DNA from: Acidimicrobiia bacterium
GTDB taxonomy: Bacteria > Actinomycetota > Acidimicrobiia > Acidimicrobiales > Aldehydirespiratoraceae
DNA: 64,000 bases
Reading direction: 5' to 3'
Assembly: GCA_022821685.1 (NCBI GenBank)
Contig: JAJEDD010000014.1
Location: 109,604 to 173,603 of the forward strand
In this document: positions 61,836-64,000 of the stretch, piece by piece
Position numbering within the stretch: the stretch's first letter is position 1
How the letters are laid out: each line of letters begins with the position of its first letter
Translations under genes and position numbers: made by a program
Notes under the pieces: model-generated
What the model was told of the DNA's origin: nothing
Databases searched by the model: none
What the model saw: the letters and a program-made list of their open reading frames with translations, nothing else

Positions 61836-61889
61836 GAGCAGCCTCAAGCATGGGCGACGACTTCAAGCATGGGCGACGACTTCGGGCAT
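61818..61889 (-). repeat. tandem array of the livF start region (four ATGCYYGARG units, periods 19, 19 and 16 nt)
   Basis: The minus strand reads ATGCCCGAAGTCGTCGCCC ATGCTTGAAGTCGTCGCCC ATGCTTGAGGCTGCTC ATGCTTGAAGTCGCCAAC. The last ATG is the livF start. Confidence 0.85.
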
Positions 61890-61965
61890 CGGCAGCACAG
61901 AGGGCAGGCCCGCTGGGGGCGGCCCGCCGAAACGGGCCGCCCCAGCGATGGCTATCGCTGTGCCT

Positions 61966-63606
61966 CTAGGAGGCCAGGAAGCAGGGCTCGTACTCCCAGT
62001 TGAGCGCGGTCTCAGAGGCGTAGGGGCCCCTGATCAGCGAGAAGCCGCTGTTGCCGTCCTCGTCGGAGACGGTGGCGCCGGGCGTGTACAGCGACAGGTC
62101 GACGTCGTAGAGGTAGGTCTCACGCACGACGTTGTCGTTGGGGTTGCCCCGCCAGCTCTGATCCGGGGCGAGACCCTTGAGGTCGGCGGTGATCGAGTTG
62201 GCCGCAGCCAGCACGCCGGCCCGGGTGAGGTTGCCGTTGCTGATGGCCTTGTCGAGGATCTGGTGCACCACGTAGCCCTGGATGAAGCTGATGATGTACA
62301 CGTCGTCGAAGGGCGCGTCCGGGCGGTACTCCCGCATCACGTCGATCATCTCCTGCATGCCCTCGGCTTCGCCCACGTCCCACAGCACGGTGTAGGTGGA
62401 GTGGGTGTAGAACTTGTCGGCGAGGGGACCGACGGCGGTGTTGAGCAGGGCCGGGTTCCAGCTCGGCGAGCTGCCGATCCACTGGCCGGTGAAGCCGGCC
62501 GCCACCGCGCCGCCCATCAGCTCGGCGGTGTGGCCCGGATTGAGGGTGACCCACACCCAGTCCGCGCCGGAGTTGACGATCCCGGTGATGACCGGAGTCT
62601 GGTCGGCACCGGGGATCACCGCGCCCTCGCCGTCATAGACGATGTTCAGGCCCAGAGCCTCGGCCGCGACCTTCACGCCTCTGGCGCCGTCCTGGCCGTA
62701 GTCGCCAGGGAAGGTGGCGATGGCGACGTTGTCGCCGTAGGTCTCCGACATGTAGGTGGCGCCGTTCATAGCCTCGATGCAGTAGTTGGTCTGCACCTCG
62801 AACAGGTTCTTGCCGATCGACGGGTCGGCCCAGCCCGAGTACCACGACAGCGGGATGGCCGCCATGTTGTCCTCGATCAGCCGCTCGGCGGTGGCCGCCG
62901 AATGGGGCGAGCCGGTCGAGGTTGCGAACATCACCACGCTCTCGGGGCCGTCGCCCGCCATGATCTCGTAGTTCTCTACGTGGGTGGGCACGTCGTAGCC
63001 GTTGTCGAGCACGACCGGCTCGATGGTCCAGCCCTGGACGCCGCCGTTGTCGTTGACCCACTCCCAGTAGGCGGTATGGCCGTCGGTGATCACGGTGGTG
63101 AGCGGGGCGAAGATCCCGGTCAGGTCGGTGTTCAGCCCGACCCGGATGACCTGGTTCTCGACATCGACCCCGAAATCGTGGGCGATGGTGCCTGCCGCCG
63201 CAGCCAGGGCCTCCTGGGCGGCAGCCGCCTCTGCCGCGGCCTCCTCAGCCTCGGCCTGAGCCGCAGCCGCAGCATCCGCAGCCGCAGCCGCCTCAGCCTG
63301 GGCCGCCTCCAGCTCGGCCTGCGCCGCGGCCTGCTGCTCGGCGCTGGCCTCAGCCGCAGCAGCCTCGGCTTCAGCCAGCCTCGCCTCCGCGTCCGCAGCC
63401 GCCTCAGCGGCAGCCGCTGCATCGGCAGCCGCTGCATCGGCCTCAGCCTGCGCGGCCGCTCTCGCCGCATCGGCCTCCGCGGCCTCCGCAGCAGCCGCCG
63501 CGGCGGCGGCGTCGGCTCCCGACGTGTCGGGCTCGTCGTCGCCGCAGGCCGCGGCTACCAAGGCCACGGCGCACAGCACTGCGAGTAGCCATCTCGTTCG
63601 TTTCAC
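61966..63606 (-). CDS. LivK-type ABC substrate-binding lipoprotein with ~108-residue Ala/Glu/Gln/Asp-rich tether
   Basis: GTG 63606 lies 7 nt after GGAGG. The lipobox is LVAAAC. A low-complexity helix-prone linker follows, then a Peripla_BP_6-like domain (IRVGLNTDLTGIFAPL...). The track form from 63927 overlaps the permease gene. Confidence 0.85.
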   Translation of the reverse strand: MKRTRWLLAVLCAVALVAAACGDDEPDTSGADAAAAAAAAEAAEADAARAAAQAEADAAAADAAAAAEAAADAEARLAEAEAAAAEASAEQQAAAQAELEAAQAEAAAAADAAAAAQAEAEEAAAEAAAAQEALAAAAGTIAHDFGVDVENQVIRVGLNTDLTGIFAPLTTVITDGHTAYWEWVNDNGGVQGWTIEPVVLDNGYDVPTHVENYEIMAGDGPESVVMFATSTGSPHSAATAERLIEDNMAAIPLSWYSGWADPSIGKNLFEVQTNYCIEAMNGATYMSETYGDNVAIATFPGDYGQDGARGVKVAAEALGLNIVYDGEGAVIPGADQTPVITGIVNSGADWVWVTLNPGHTAELMGGAVAAGFTGQWIGSSPSWNPALLNTAVGPLADKFYTHSTYTVLWDVGEAEGMQEMIDVMREYRPDAPFDDVYIISFIQGYVVHQILDKAISNGNLTRAGVLAAANSITADLKGLAPDQSWRGNPNDNVVRETYLYDVDLSLYTPGATVSDEDGNSGFSLIRGPYASETALNWEYEPCFLAS

Positions 63607-63680
63607 GGTGTTGCCTCCAAGGTTGTCCATTGGGCTATGAGCACCCCGATGGCGCTCACATCTTGATGGAGGATGGCGGA

Positions 63681-64000
63681 TCAATAGCTGAACGGCCACC
63701 TCTTCCAGTAATTGCGGATGCGCACCCAGATGCCGAAGATCCCGAGCGGCTCCGCGATCAGGAACACCACGATGAGCGCGCCGAACAGCACGATGTTCCA
63801 GGCGTCCACGCTGAGCGTCCATCCCGGTGTCTGGATGGCGGTGTTGATCACACCGAAGTCGTCGCCCTCGGTGAGCACCAGGCGCGACAGGATCTCGGCG
63901 GGACCGCTCTCTGCGCCTTCGAGCCACTTGGTGAAGGCTTTCACGAATTCGGGCACCATCACAACAAAAAAACTGCCGATCAGGGGACCGGCGGTGGTGC
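63681..64000 (-). CDS. branched-chain-amino-acid-type ABC permease (LivM-like), partial; N-terminus beyond right edge
   Basis: The frame stays open to position 64000 (...TTAGPLIGSFFVVMVPEFVKAF...). The C-terminal TM helix and the ending RIRNYWKRWPFSY are typical of LivM-type permeases. Confidence 0.75.
   Translation of the reverse strand, partial: TTAGPLIGSFFVVMVPEFVKAFTKWLEGAESGPAEILSRLVLTEGDDFGVINTAIQTPGWTLSVDAWNIVLFGALIVVFLIAEPLGIFGIWVRIRNYWKRWPFSY

Noticed and set aside
63193-63516. Periodic GCNGCC-type repeats that superficially resemble a repeat array.
   Set aside because: They lie inside a continuous ORF and encode an Ala/Glu-rich linker. There is no repeat-spacer organisation and there are no cas genes, so this is not a CRISPR array.
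1-64000. Search of intergenic gaps for tRNA, rRNA and tmRNA genes, transposases, integrases and prophage genes.
   Set aside because: No gap is long enough, or shows cloverleaf-like features, apart from those occupied by the repeat elements. No ORF shows DDE, tyrosine-recombinase or serine-recombinase motifs. The window looks like core or accessory chromosome rather than a mobile island.

Overview
This is a GC-rich, densely coding chromosomal segment; third codon positions are almost all G/C. The taxon is inference only. An actinobacterial-type genome, possibly a marine Acidimicrobiia-like lineage, is suggested by lipoprotein-type binding proteins, VapBC and a BsaP-like gene after bioB. I call about 58 CDS. 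Two are truncated by the window edges and four fall below the 60-aa cutoff of the supplied track. I found no rRNA, tRNA, CRISPR array, transposase or integrase. Most long ORFs in the track that run antisense to these genes are GC-driven shadow ORFs.

Gene content from left to right:
- Acyl-CoA genes beside a xanthine-dehydrogenase-family enzyme. Its Mo and FAD subunits are fused, and the FAD domain carries a four-Cys insertion.
- A hydantoinase/oxoprolinase A/B, acyl-CoA ligase, cupin and VOC operon with a divergent XRE-cupin regulator.
- amt followed by three single-pass microproteins.
- tdm-tmm (TMAO demethylase and TMA monooxygenase).
- An orphan amide-hydrolase, PhyH, SDR and sugar-type ABC island that ends in a free lipoyl carrier and a fused E1 alpha-beta.
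- vapBC.
- glcB plus a DAO flavoprotein.
- A STAS / RR-PP2C / RsbW-like partner-switching operon with its own binding protein and histidine kinase.
- An MpaB-like oxygenase preceded by a G14 tract.
- gmaS-mgsABC followed by an uncharacterised 151-aa protein and a lone DAO flavoprotein.
- An MFS transporter, an LLM oxidoreductase and a TRAP transporter.
- A PaaD-like protein, then bsaP-like and bioB.
- A liv-type ABC operon.

The main theme is a split methylated-amine regulon (amt, tdm-tmm, gmaS-mgsABC) with non-canonical accessory genes and a shared AT-rich upstream motif. Secondary themes are a repeated structured intergenic element in three copies, a recurring GAGCGRATAG motif, and four micro-duplications that copy gene starts or ends at gene junctions.
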